From: a virus
Length of the DNA stretch: 64,000 nucleotides
Virus record (IMG/VR): IMGVR_UViG_3300025536_000001
Coordinates: 1 to 64,000 of that record
Direction: 5' to 3' (one strand)
Shown: in pieces, positions 31,696 through 39,169 of the stretch
Numbering within the stretch: position 1 is the stretch's first letter
How the letters are laid out: each line of letters starts with the position of its first letter
Notes under the pieces: generated by a model
Database searches by the model: none
Told to the model about the DNA's origin: nothing
What the model saw: only the letters and a program-made list of their open reading frames with translations
Position numbers and translations under genes: made by a program

Positions 31696-31866
31696 ATGAA
31701 GCAACATCATTTCGTAGCCAGACCCGCTGTTATTATTGAAGAGCGGATTGAAGACGGTCTGACTTTTTATGAGGCTCACCAGCTTGTAAACGGGAAGATA
31801 ACGATTACTGGTGTCGGGCTAACCAGAAACGAAGCGAGGATGAAACTGGAGGAGAAATTGAAATGA
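31696..31866 (+). CDS. Small early ORF (56 aa)
   Basis: Own translation: MKQHHFVARPAVIIEERIEDGLTFYEAHQLVNGKITITGVGLTRNEARMKLEEKLK. Strong SD. Confidence 0.5.
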   Translation: MKQHHFVARPAVIIEERIEDGLTFYEAHQLVNGKITITGVGLTRNEARMKLEEKLK

Positions 31867-32042
31867 ATTCATTCAGGGAGCCTAACGAAGTGGCTAGAGA
31901 GTTCAATACCGAACCTGACCCACAGGGATACAAGAACTCTGCATGGAAGCATGCAACCAAGCAAGAGTGGGATAGTGCTAGTGAGCATCGTCGAGAGATT
32001 CTTATGAAACCCAACGGCATCATCTTTGTGGTGGCAGCATGA
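31863..32042 (+). CDS. Small early ORF (59 aa)
   Basis: Own translation: MNSFREPNEVAREFNTEPDPQGYKNSAWKHATKQEWDSASEHRREILMKPNGIIFVVAA. ATGA coupling at both ends. Confidence 0.5.
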   Translation: MNSFREPNEVAREFNTEPDPQGYKNSAWKHATKQEWDSASEHRREILMKPNGIIFVVAA

Positions 32043-32245
32043 CCGAAGAGAAATACCATGTGATGGTTCACATTGAGGTAAAGCCCGGTAAGTGGGAGTG
32101 GAGGCCTATGAGACCAACTGGTGGTAGGCCTTATGAGTTCGATAAGGCGACTGCAGAGTCGTGGGCTCATACATACAACCTTGAGAATGGTTTCAAGGGT
32201 CAACACAAAATCCAGAAAGTGGAAGTAGCGAGGATATATGACTAA
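32039..32245 (+). CDS. Early hypothetical protein (68 aa)
   Basis: ORF track. ATGA coupling. Confidence 0.55.
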   Translation: MTEEKYHVMVHIEVKPGKWEWRPMRPTGGRPYEFDKATAESWAHTYNLENGFKGQHKIQKVEVARIYD

Positions 32246-32288
32246 ACAAAGAACCAGAACCATGAAAGAGGCAAAGCTTTGCGCCTTG

Positions 32289-32459
32289 TGATTGCCCAGC
32301 ACGATTTACTTGGTGAACTCCGTCAGATAGTGCGCTACTATCACGAGCACGAAGGGTGCTGCGGTACTCAGCAGGCGATGAGCACCCTGCTGCGCAGGGC
32401 TGCAGCCGTAATAGAAAAGGAGACAGAAGATGAGGAAACAGTTCCAACAGGCATCTGAA
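32289..32459 (+). CDS. Small early ORF (56 aa, GTG start)
   Basis: Own translation: MIAQHDLLGELRQIVRYYHEHEGCCGTQQAMSTLLRRAAAVIEKETEDEETVPTGI. The start is uncertain. Confidence 0.3.
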
Positions 32460-32582
32460 CTGCCGAGGCAGGTTAGCTGTGATGTTCAGGGCTTATGTCC
32501 CAAATGCCTGCGACCTGTAGGCAAGTGGCATTCATGCAAGAGATTCCTGCGGGAGTGGAATTGGGTGAAACGTGCCGCTTGA
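32430..32582 (+). CDS. Small Cys-rich early ORF (50 aa)
   Basis: Own translation: MRKQFQQASELPRQVSCDVQGLCPKCLRPVGKWHSCKRFLREWNWVKRAA. AAAGGAGA SD. Confidence 0.4.
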   Translation: MRKQFQQASELPRQVSCDVQGLCPKCLRPVGKWHSCKRFLREWNWVKRAA

Positions 32583-32683
32583 GTTCAAGGACGCATCACC
32601 GATAATCCTGTGCAAGGTTCATGGGGTTGTTATGTCTGATAGGGACAATCGTTGTCCTCAATGTCTGAAGGAGGCTAAGAAAA

Positions 32684-32992
32684 ATGACGCTAACAAAGAG
32701 GATTCTGGGCACCCTCCGTAAGGCAAGAAACGGACTGAACGGCCTTCAGGTTGATGAACTCATCAACGAAAACCCTGATGATTTCTATGCTGATACACAT
32801 GTTGTGCTCACAACGCTTGTCCGATGTGTTAAGCGAGGGTTTGTCCTCAACGAGGGAAAAACTAAATGTAACCACTGCCTGGCGGTTCTCAACAACTATA
32901 GGATTACTGAGGAGGGGATAATTTTTCATGAAAAAGGATGCAGCGTTAGAAAAGAAGTTCAACGAGAAAGCAAAGAAGACCAAACACTGTAA
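32684..32992 (+). CDS. Winged-helix-like putative DNA-binding protein
   Basis: 102 aa, AAGGAGG SD. LRKARNGLNGLQVDELI...VLTTLVRCVKRGFVLNEGK looks like a MarR/wHTH-type recognition unit (weak). Contains GGGCACCCTCC in frame (LGTLR). Confidence 0.45.
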   Translation: MTLTKRILGTLRKARNGLNGLQVDELINENPDDFYADTHVVLTTLVRCVKRGFVLNEGKTKCNHCLAVLNNYRITEEGIIFHEKGCSVRKEVQRESKEDQTL

Positions 32993-33068
32993 CCATTGTG
33001 GTAAGACAGTGCCTAAGAGCCACGTTACAAAGTGGTGCAAATACGCTCAACATGTGAAAGGGAATTGA
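32928..33068 (+). CDS. Small basic Cys/His ORF (46 aa), overlaps the previous gene by 65 nt
   Basis: Own translation: MKKDAALEKKFNEKAKKTKHCNHCGKTVPKSHVTKWCKYAQHVKGN. GAGGAGGGG upstream. Confidence 0.3.
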   Translation: MKKDAALEKKFNEKAKKTKHCNHCGKTVPKSHVTKWCKYAQHVKGN

Positions 33069-33069
33069 T

Positions 33070-33309
33070 ATGGCTGAAGACCAGAGACCTGTGCTTGAAG
33101 ACAAACACAATGAGGCTATACGTGCCGGCTTGGCCGTTGTCGCCAAGAACAACAACATGAACCAGAAGGCCAAGATGTATATGCAGTTTGGCGTCATTGT
33201 GGCGCTTGAGGGCATGGGCATCCAAATCCCGCCAGTCTGGTACATCATGACGATGGCTGGCCGTGAAATCTTCACGGTAGAGAAACCGAAGAAGGAGAAA
33301 CGCGCATGA
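33070..33309 (+). CDS. Early hypothetical protein (79 aa)
   Basis: ORF track. Confidence 0.5.
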   Translation: MAEDQRPVLEDKHNEAIRAGLAVVAKNNNMNQKAKMYMQFGVIVALEGMGIQIPPVWYIMTMAGREIFTVEKPKKEKRA

Positions 33310-33785
33310 CTTACGAAGTACAGCACCTTGTATCTGGGTGTTGGTTCAACAATTGGGTGGTGTATGACAGCGCTATGACCCCTCATCCACAGGAGTTCCC
33401 CACAGTCACTGAGGCGCAGGCCGCGTTGGACGAGTTCTTTGAGGATATTGCCGAGTATATCCGCGAAGAGACCCGCAACCCAGATGAAGGTTACTCACGA
33501 AGCGAGTTCAGGATTGTACCTGTTGGTACAGGCAGCGATACTGACGTGGATGATTTAAGCAGACAGGAGGAAACAGTGGCTAAATCAGCGAAAGAACTTT
33601 GGGATGAAATCTATGCTTATCTCCAGGAGACGGAACAGGAGTCGTTCGACGTATTTATTGATGATGAGGGCGGCGACCCAGACAACCACATCCTGGGGAA
33701 GGCGCATGAATTCAATGCCCTCTTCAACCACAAGTTAGATTCTAACAAAACGGAGGAAGAGGATGACAATAATCGTTGCTCTTAA
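33306..33785 (+). CDS. Acidic early protein (159 aa)
   Basis: ORF track. ATGA coupling. Contains palindrome copy 11 in frame (HKLDSNKT). Confidence 0.6.
   Translation: MTYEVQHLVSGCWFNNWVVYDSAMTPHPQEFPTVTEAQAALDEFFEDIAEYIREETRNPDEGYSRSEFRIVPVGTGSDTDVDDLSRQEETVAKSAKELWDEIYAYLQETEQESFDVFIDDEGGDPDNHILGKAHEFNALFNHKLDSNKTEEEDDNNRCS
33734..33746. repeat. GTTAGAnTCTAAC palindrome, copy 11 (n=T), inside a CDS and 5 nt before the SD of the next gene
   Basis: Exact match. CGGAGGAAGAGGATG (start 33763) follows. Confidence 0.95.
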
Positions 33786-33984
33786 TTCAGTTGGAACTGA
33801 ACCGAACACGTTGGTATTGGCTATGTGGTCTGAAGATTTCAAGAAGAGCACCGATATTCAGGTCACTAAGGGGAAACTTGCGGCCATGAAACAAAAGAAG
33901 AAATACAAGTTCGTTGAGTGGACTGAGCTGCCACCATCGGCCTTGACCGCGGAGATCATGCAGAAAGAGGAGGATTTGGAATGA
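33763..33984 (+). CDS. Early hypothetical protein (73 aa)
   Basis: ORF track. GGAGGAAGAGG SD. Confidence 0.55.
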   Translation: MTIIVALNSVGTEPNTLVLAMWSEDFKKSTDIQVTKGKLAAMKQKKKYKFVEWTELPPSALTAEIMQKEEDLE

Positions 33985-34226
33985 AGATGCTTATAATCGT
34001 AGAGGGCGGAGTGGTGCAGGAGATTGTCACCGATGGTGCGCCAGAAATCTACCTGCTCGATCGAGACGACATGATGGCCAATGCTGAAATCGCCTTGAAA
34101 AGATTCAACAGTGGTTACCCAGCCATGATAAAAGACAAAAGAATTGGAGATCGCATCACCATGGCCCGGATGGAGATCGAGCAAGAACAGGGCATTCAAA
34201 ACCTTCAGATAGGAGCATCAGCATGA
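33981..34226 (+). CDS. Early hypothetical protein (81 aa)
   Basis: ORF track. ATGA coupling. Confidence 0.55.
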   Translation: MKMLIIVEGGVVQEIVTDGAPEIYLLDRDDMMANAEIALKRFNSGYPAMIKDKRIGDRITMARMEIEQEQGIQNLQIGASA

Positions 34227-34660
34227 CAGCAGAGTTCACCGGCGATCAGATCAACGAGATGATTTCTAAAATCCAGAAATATGAAGCAGAGCGTTCTCTG
34301 CTCATTCAACAACTCAAGGAACAGACAGAGTTAATTCGCAAGCCTATTCCGCTCCGCATGCTTCTCCTCCATGGCCGGGTAGACCCAGAGGCATCTCCTG
34401 GGGATGATTGGGGTTTCGATGGGCCGACTATCGAGGGAATTGTCTATGTGCATGCGGTGTATCGAAATCAGGAAACCGTTGGTTTCATTACACAAGCCCA
34501 GGCGGAATACGCTCATCGTCAGACAGGGTGGGATTTTTTCGATGAAAAAACCTTGGAAATAAGGTACTATGACGATCTGGTCGTGATTGACCCACCAGGT
34601 CAACCCTCATCGAAAAAATTCTTTGGGGACAAAGAACTCCAGATCATATCTAAGGAGTAA
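34223..34660 (+). CDS. Early hypothetical protein (145 aa)
   Basis: ORF track. Overlapping start. Confidence 0.6.
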   Translation: MTAEFTGDQINEMISKIQKYEAERSLLIQQLKEQTELIRKPIPLRMLLLHGRVDPEASPGDDWGFDGPTIEGIVYVHAVYRNQETVGFITQAQAEYAHRQTGWDFFDEKTLEIRYYDDLVVIDPPGQPSSKKFFGDKELQIISKE

Positions 34661-34661
34661 C

Positions 34662-34874
34662 ATGGATACCGAACTCTCAATACTCCTTCCCCTCGCGAAG
34701 GAGAGAAAGCCTTTTGACCCTCTGGAGTTCATTGCGACTCTTGACAGGTACACTGATGCTAAATTCCAGTATTTGAGGTATCAAGCTGATGGGCAGCGTT
34801 CCATGCTTGAGCATTTCAAAGACCAATCAGACCTAGAGCTGGGGCGTCTGATTGAAATCATATCCCGGCGTTAA
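34662..34874 (+). CDS. Early hypothetical protein (70 aa)
   Basis: Track ORF trimmed to ATG 34662 after TAAGGAG. Confidence 0.55.
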   Translation: MDTELSILLPLAKERKPFDPLEFIATLDRYTDAKFQYLRYQADGQRSMLEHFKDQSDLELGRLIEIISRR

Positions 34875-34890
34875 CAAAGGAGAACTGAAT

Positions 34891-35295
34891 ATGGGAGACA
34901 GAGCACTCGTTATTTTCGTCAGCAAAGACCGTTCCGAGGTATCACCGGTGGTGTATTCTCACTGGCAAGGTGAAAGCATTCCTCAGTTTATTGAGGATCT
35001 GAAAGTTTACATGGGGGAGAGAAAGGATGATGTGCAGTATGCGACTGCAAGATTCATCGGTTTGCTCCACGCATCAGTCGACGACTCACCGCTCGGCCTG
35101 GGTGTCTGGAATACTCCAGATAACATCAAGGAAGCAGCAAAAAACCTGGAGTTGATATCCTCAATCAACACGCTGGAAGAATATTCCCACGGCGATGCCG
35201 GTGTTATCATCGTCAAAGCTTTCGACTTCTCGTGGAGGGCATTTGGCGGGTATCTAAAGGACGTTGCAAATGATGATGGGGGTAAAGCTGCTTGA
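34891..35295 (+). CDS. Early hypothetical protein (134 aa)
   Basis: Track ORF trimmed to ATG 34891 after AAAGGAGAA. Confidence 0.6.
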   Translation: MGDRALVIFVSKDRSEVSPVVYSHWQGESIPQFIEDLKVYMGERKDDVQYATARFIGLLHASVDDSPLGLGVWNTPDNIKEAAKNLELISSINTLEEYSHGDAGVIIVKAFDFSWRAFGGYLKDVANDDGGKAA

Positions 35296-35756
35296 AGATA
35301 GCAGCCCTCATAATCCTGTTCCTGTTGTTAGACTCTAACACGGCTAATCCCGCGTTGGACGTCCAGCAACGGGAACTGGATTGCCTGGCGACCGCGATCT
35401 ACCATGAGGCGAGGGGAGAACCTACTCGTGGTCAGGTCGCGGTGGCTGCGGTTATTGAGAACCGCAGGCGCTCTGGGTTATATCCGGGTACCTATTGTGG
35501 GGTCGTCTATCAGAAAGCGCAGTTCACTGGTATCAAGCATGCACGTCCCAGATTTGGATCGAGAGCTTGGGCCCAGGCCATGGACATTGCCTCAAAAACA
35601 TTCAAGAAGAAACTGTCTGATCCCACGAAAGGTGCGCTCTGGTATTTTGCACACGACAAAATTCCGATGCCTGTGTGGGTCTCGGGAAAGGTATTGACGG
35701 TGCGTATCAACAATCACTCGTTCTACAAAACAGGAGGGAAATATGGGACGACCTAA
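35292..35756 (+). CDS. Secreted SleB-type cell-wall hydrolase (Hydrolase_2 family)
   Basis: CLATAIYHEARGEPTRGQVAVAAVIENRRRSGLYPGTYCGVVYQKAQFTG fits the SleB signature. The N-terminus MKIAALIILFLLL is signal-like. TTG start overlaps the upstream stop. Confidence 0.75.
   Translation: MKIAALIILFLLLDSNTANPALDVQQRELDCLATAIYHEARGEPTRGQVAVAAVIENRRRSGLYPGTYCGVVYQKAQFTGIKHARPRFGSRAWAQAMDIASKTFKKKLSDPTKGALWYFAHDKIPMPVWVSGKVLTVRINNHSFYKTGGKYGTT
35327..35339. repeat. GTTAGAnTCTAAC palindrome, copy 12 (n=C), inside the signal-peptide coding region
   Basis: Exact match, read as L-D-S-N. Confidence 0.95.
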
Positions 35757-35874
35757 GAAGGTGAAAGACCAAGGGCGCCTGGCGCCTTTGGGGGACAAGA
35801 GAGACTGGGCTCTTATCCAGAAGGAGCCTGGATACTGGAAAGGTTTCTGGAACACCAGAAATCCAAAGAAGTAA
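35743..35874 (+). CDS. Small basic ORF (43 aa)
   Basis: Own translation: MGRPKKVKDQGRLAPLGDKRDWALIQKEPGYWKGFWNTRNPKK. AGGAGGGAA SD. Confidence 0.4.
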   Translation: MGRPKKVKDQGRLAPLGDKRDWALIQKEPGYWKGFWNTRNPKK

Positions 35875-35902
35875 CTTAACCACTAACAAATGGAGAACTG
35901 AT

Positions 35903-38257
35903 ATGATAATCAATGAAGCAAAGCGTTTTCTTCAAACGGACGGGCTTGACAACGTCCCCCGTCAATTTTCTATCCAACAAGGCTCAAAGGCTTTCGAAAT
36001 CTTGAGTTCGAACATCTATTCGGACAAACCACTCGCCGTGGTTCGTGAGTATGCTTGCAACGCCTGGGACAGCCATGTTGAGGCAGGCAAAACTGATGTA
36101 CCTATTGAGGTACACATCCCGAACACCCTTGAGCCATATTTCTACATTAGGGATTTTGGGGTCGGCATCTCTGAGGACAATATCTATTCCATCTATACGG
36201 TCTACTTCAATTCCACGAAGGGCAGCAACAACCAACTCATTGGGGCGCTCGGATTGGGATGCAAAAGCGCCTTCGCCTATGTAGATCAGTTCATGATCGA
36301 GTCTATCCACGGAGGAAGAAAGAAGTCCTATGCCGCATTCATCGGGCCTGATGGAACACCGACAGTCACAAAGGTGAACGATGAAGTTTCGTTAGAGTCT
36401 AACGGAGTAAAGATCCAGGTACCGGTGAAACCTTCCGACTTCGGCGTCTTTCTTGAGAAGACCAGGGATATCTTCAAGCGGTTCCCTGTTATGCCGGTGT
36501 TGGTGGGCACTGATGAGAAGATCGAGCCTATAGATTATGTGTTCAAGTCGGTAAACTTTGCTATGAAGGAAACCGGCGGTAGCTACTATTACTCATACCG
36601 GGGGCAGGGTGCAGTTGCCGTTCAGGGCAACGTCCCATACCCCATCAAGCTCGATGTAGTAAGTGATCAGCTTGATGATCTTGAGAGGAAAATCCTCGAA
36701 AGCTCTGCGTTTGATCTCTTCTTCCCGCTTGGGAGTCTCAATATCTCAGCCTCGCGCGAGGCTCTGCACTATGATGAGAACACGAAGAAGTCTATCGTGG
36801 CAGTTGTGAAGGAGATCAAATCCAAGATCAAGGAGGAGTTCGAAAAGCAGATTGCAGAGGCGCCAACCCTCTGGAAGGCAAAGCAGATTGCTCTCTATAC
36901 TCAACCTGGAGAGAACAACGGCGGATTGACTTCCTTTGCTGGTTTCATCCGCGGTCAGACGTTCCTCTATCAAGGACAGGAAATCACACCTGATAAAATC
37001 CAAATATCCGTGAAGGATTTCGGTGTAGATACAGAGGAGCTGTTATCCGGTCAGTACTACATAGATCGGATGGATGATTATCGCCATCTGCAAAAGAGAA
37101 TCTGCAGGTATAAACGCCACGATATGATCGGTGTTTATCCAAAGGAGAATACCTTTATCGTCTTCGACGATAAGAAGGTTCCCTCGTTCAAGAGGACAGT
37201 GATATATTACTTCGCAGACCTTCTGGACTCGAAGAAGATCGAGAGAGACTTCAACATCTACATGGTCAAGGTTCCTGTCGGGCAAGAAGCGGCAGTCCTT
37301 GAAGCGTTGGGGAACCCGCCGGCTTCCCAGGTTTACTATACCTCGAATATGCCGGAACCACCGAAGAAAGTGAACAAGAAGGGAGACCCTTCCACCTACA
37401 AAGCCATTCGTCAGGATAAGATGAACGCAGTAATAGAACTGCGCCAAATGGTTCACAATAACAACTGGCGATTTGATGACTGGACGGCGCCGGGGATGAG
37501 AAAGTCTGTCAAGTTCGGTGATGGGGGCTTCTACATGAAGGTCAATAATCACCTGTTCCTGACCGACACGGTTATGTTTGATGAAAACAAAAAACCGAGA
37601 GCATCTTATGGTGACGACCTTATTGTTCAAGGTATGAGGGCTGCTATCAATATGGGTCTTGTTCCTAAAAACCTATATGCTGTGAACAATACTGAGGAGG
37701 CTGCTCTCAAAGAATCTGGGGCTGATTGGAAGAACTTTCTTGATGTGCTGCCAGGGCTTGTTGAGCAGCATCTTCTTGTACCAGAGAACATGAGGAAGGT
37801 CTCACTTTATAAGTCTACCGACCAGTTGCAGAAATCATTCGGCTCAATGGAAAGGTTGATCAGAACTATTTTCAAGAATGACCTCTCCAAAGGTAAACTT
37901 AAACCTGCTTTGGAAAGTTTATGGTCGGCCTATCAAAATTCTTTTCCTACTTTGGGTAAAGATAAAATGTTCACGTTCCCAGAACGGGAACGATGGGATC
38001 AAATCGAAAGCCTTGAACTGCTGGTTCAAGGTAAGACCAAGAAACCTCTAAGAATAAAATCCTCCGAGGAGGGTGATAAGGTGCTTTATATTCTGGATAA
38101 CTATTATCCCCAGCTGATTCCTCTGGCATATAACTGCAGCTTTCACTACTATTCTGAAACTTCAGAGAAGGTGACTCTGTTAAAAGAGTTCATCGAGCTC
38201 TGTGAGAGTGTCTACAAACGTCCTAAACCACAACCAAAGAAGGAGGCTACAATATGA
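35903..38257 (+). CDS. rIIA: rIIA-like protein (N-terminal GHKL/HATPase_c fold)
   Basis: 784 aa. It has an N-box-like REYACNAWDS, a G1-like IRDFGVGIS and a G2-like GALGLGCKSAF, as in T4 rIIA. An rIIB-like gene follows. Confidence 0.7.
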   Translation: MIINEAKRFLQTDGLDNVPRQFSIQQGSKAFEILSSNIYSDKPLAVVREYACNAWDSHVEAGKTDVPIEVHIPNTLEPYFYIRDFGVGISEDNIYSIYTVYFNSTKGSNNQLIGALGLGCKSAFAYVDQFMIESIHGGRKKSYAAFIGPDGTPTVTKVNDEVSLESNGVKIQVPVKPSDFGVFLEKTRDIFKRFPVMPVLVGTDEKIEPIDYVFKSVNFAMKETGGSYYYSYRGQGAVAVQGNVPYPIKLDVVSDQLDDLERKILESSAFDLFFPLGSLNISASREALHYDENTKKSIVAVVKEIKSKIKEEFEKQIAEAPTLWKAKQIALYTQPGENNGGLTSFAGFIRGQTFLYQGQEITPDKIQISVKDFGVDTEELLSGQYYIDRMDDYRHLQKRICRYKRHDMIGVYPKENTFIVFDDKKVPSFKRTVIYYFADLLDSKKIERDFNIYMVKVPVGQEAAVLEALGNPPASQVYYTSNMPEPPKKVNKKGDPSTYKAIRQDKMNAVIELRQMVHNNNWRFDDWTAPGMRKSVKFGDGGFYMKVNNHLFLTDTVMFDENKKPRASYGDDLIVQGMRAAINMGLVPKNLYAVNNTEEAALKESGADWKNFLDVLPGLVEQHLLVPENMRKVSLYKSTDQLQKSFGSMERLIRTIFKNDLSKGKLKPALESLWSAYQNSFPTLGKDKMFTFPERERWDQIESLELLVQGKTKKPLRIKSSEEGDKVLYILDNYYPQLIPLAYNCSFHYYSETSEKVTLLKEFIELCESVYKRPKPQPKKEATI
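36391..36403. repeat. GTTAGAnTCTAAC palindrome, copy 13 (n=G), inside rIIA-like CDS
   Basis: Exact match, read as L-E-S-N. C...G flanks extend the symmetry to 15 bp. Confidence 0.95.
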
Positions 38258-39072
38258 TCCCGTATATTTTTACATCCGATGCTATCTCCCTGTTCCTTCC
38301 CGATAACAAGTCGTTTTCGATCAGGAAAGACCACAAGTATTTCAAGGCGCTTGTGGAGGCTATCAATGCGTCAGACGATACCGCTGTTCTGAATGTCGTC
38401 GACATGGCGCAGAAGATCGCAAACTTCGTCGAGGGAAAGGTGGTTGTCCAGAATGGGCAACTCTTCTATGGAGATGAGCTTCTCAGCGGGGCGATCGTTG
38501 ATCGTATCCTGCAGGGTATCTCGATGGGGTTGGAGTCGAAGTCCTATATCCTGTTCCTTGAGAACCTGATGAAGAATCCTTCCTTTCAATCTCGGAAGGA
38601 ACTTTATCTCTTCCTGGAGGCATGTGATCTACCAATCACTGAGGATGGTAGGTTCATCGCCTACAAGTCAGTGAGGGATAACTACTATGACGCGCACAGC
38701 GGCAAGTACCTCAATAAGGTTGGCGCCATCATCGAGATGCCCCGGCATCTCGTCAATGATGATCGTCAGCAGACATGCTCCGCCGGCCTTCACGTGTGCT
38801 CCAGGGCCTACGGGAAGTTCTCCCAGCGGCTCCTGCTTGTGGCAGTCAATCCCGCGGACGTTGTGTCAGTTCCCTATGACTACAACAACGCGAAGATGAG
38901 GGTCTGCAAGTATGAGGTCTTGAAGGAGATCGAAGAGTTCCAATCCTTCTCAGAAGACCCGGTCTGGGGCGATGATGAGGAAGAAGAAGGCGAGATCGAT
39001 ACCTGCCCGGAGTGCGGGTCGTCCCCAGAAACCGGAGCGTATTGCTCAAGCTGCGGGGCGTCATTGTCATAA
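38254..39072 (+). CDS. rIIB: rIIB-like protein with C-terminal zinc ribbon
   Basis: 272 aa. FLENLMKNPS, ITEDGRFIAYKSV, MPRHLVNDDRQQTCSAGLHVCS and DVVSVPYDYNNAKMRVCKYEV match T4 rIIB blocks as I recall them. It also has CPECG...CSSCG. Confidence 0.7.
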   Translation: MIPYIFTSDAISLFLPDNKSFSIRKDHKYFKALVEAINASDDTAVLNVVDMAQKIANFVEGKVVVQNGQLFYGDELLSGAIVDRILQGISMGLESKSYILFLENLMKNPSFQSRKELYLFLEACDLPITEDGRFIAYKSVRDNYYDAHSGKYLNKVGAIIEMPRHLVNDDRQQTCSAGLHVCSRAYGKFSQRLLLVAVNPADVVSVPYDYNNAKMRVCKYEVLKEIEEFQSFSEDPVWGDDEEEEGEIDTCPECGSSPETGAYCSSCGASLS

Positions 39073-39111
39073 TACTAACTAATCTCAGAAAATTTTTCAA
39101 AAATTTCTGGT

Positions 39112-39124
39112 GTTAGAGTCTAAC
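39112..39124. repeat. GTTAGAnTCTAAC palindrome, copy 14 (n=G), intergenic, last copy
   Basis: Exact match, immediately before a terminator-like hairpin. Confidence 0.95.
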
Positions 39125-39154
39125 CGGTGGGGGCAATAGGGCTCCCGCCGTTTT
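39125..39154 (+). terminator. Terminator-like hairpin closing the early block
   Basis: CGGTGGGGG pairs with CTCCCGCCG (9 bp, two G-U pairs), 8-nt loop, then TTTT. Confidence 0.5.
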
Positions 39155-39169
39155 AACAAGGAGGATAAA

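Noticed and set aside
22524-39124. GTTAGAnTCTAAC copies as intrinsic transcription terminators
   Set aside because: A 6-bp arm with a 1-nt centre cannot form a stable terminator hairpin. Only copy 1 is followed by a T-run, and six copies lie inside ORFs.
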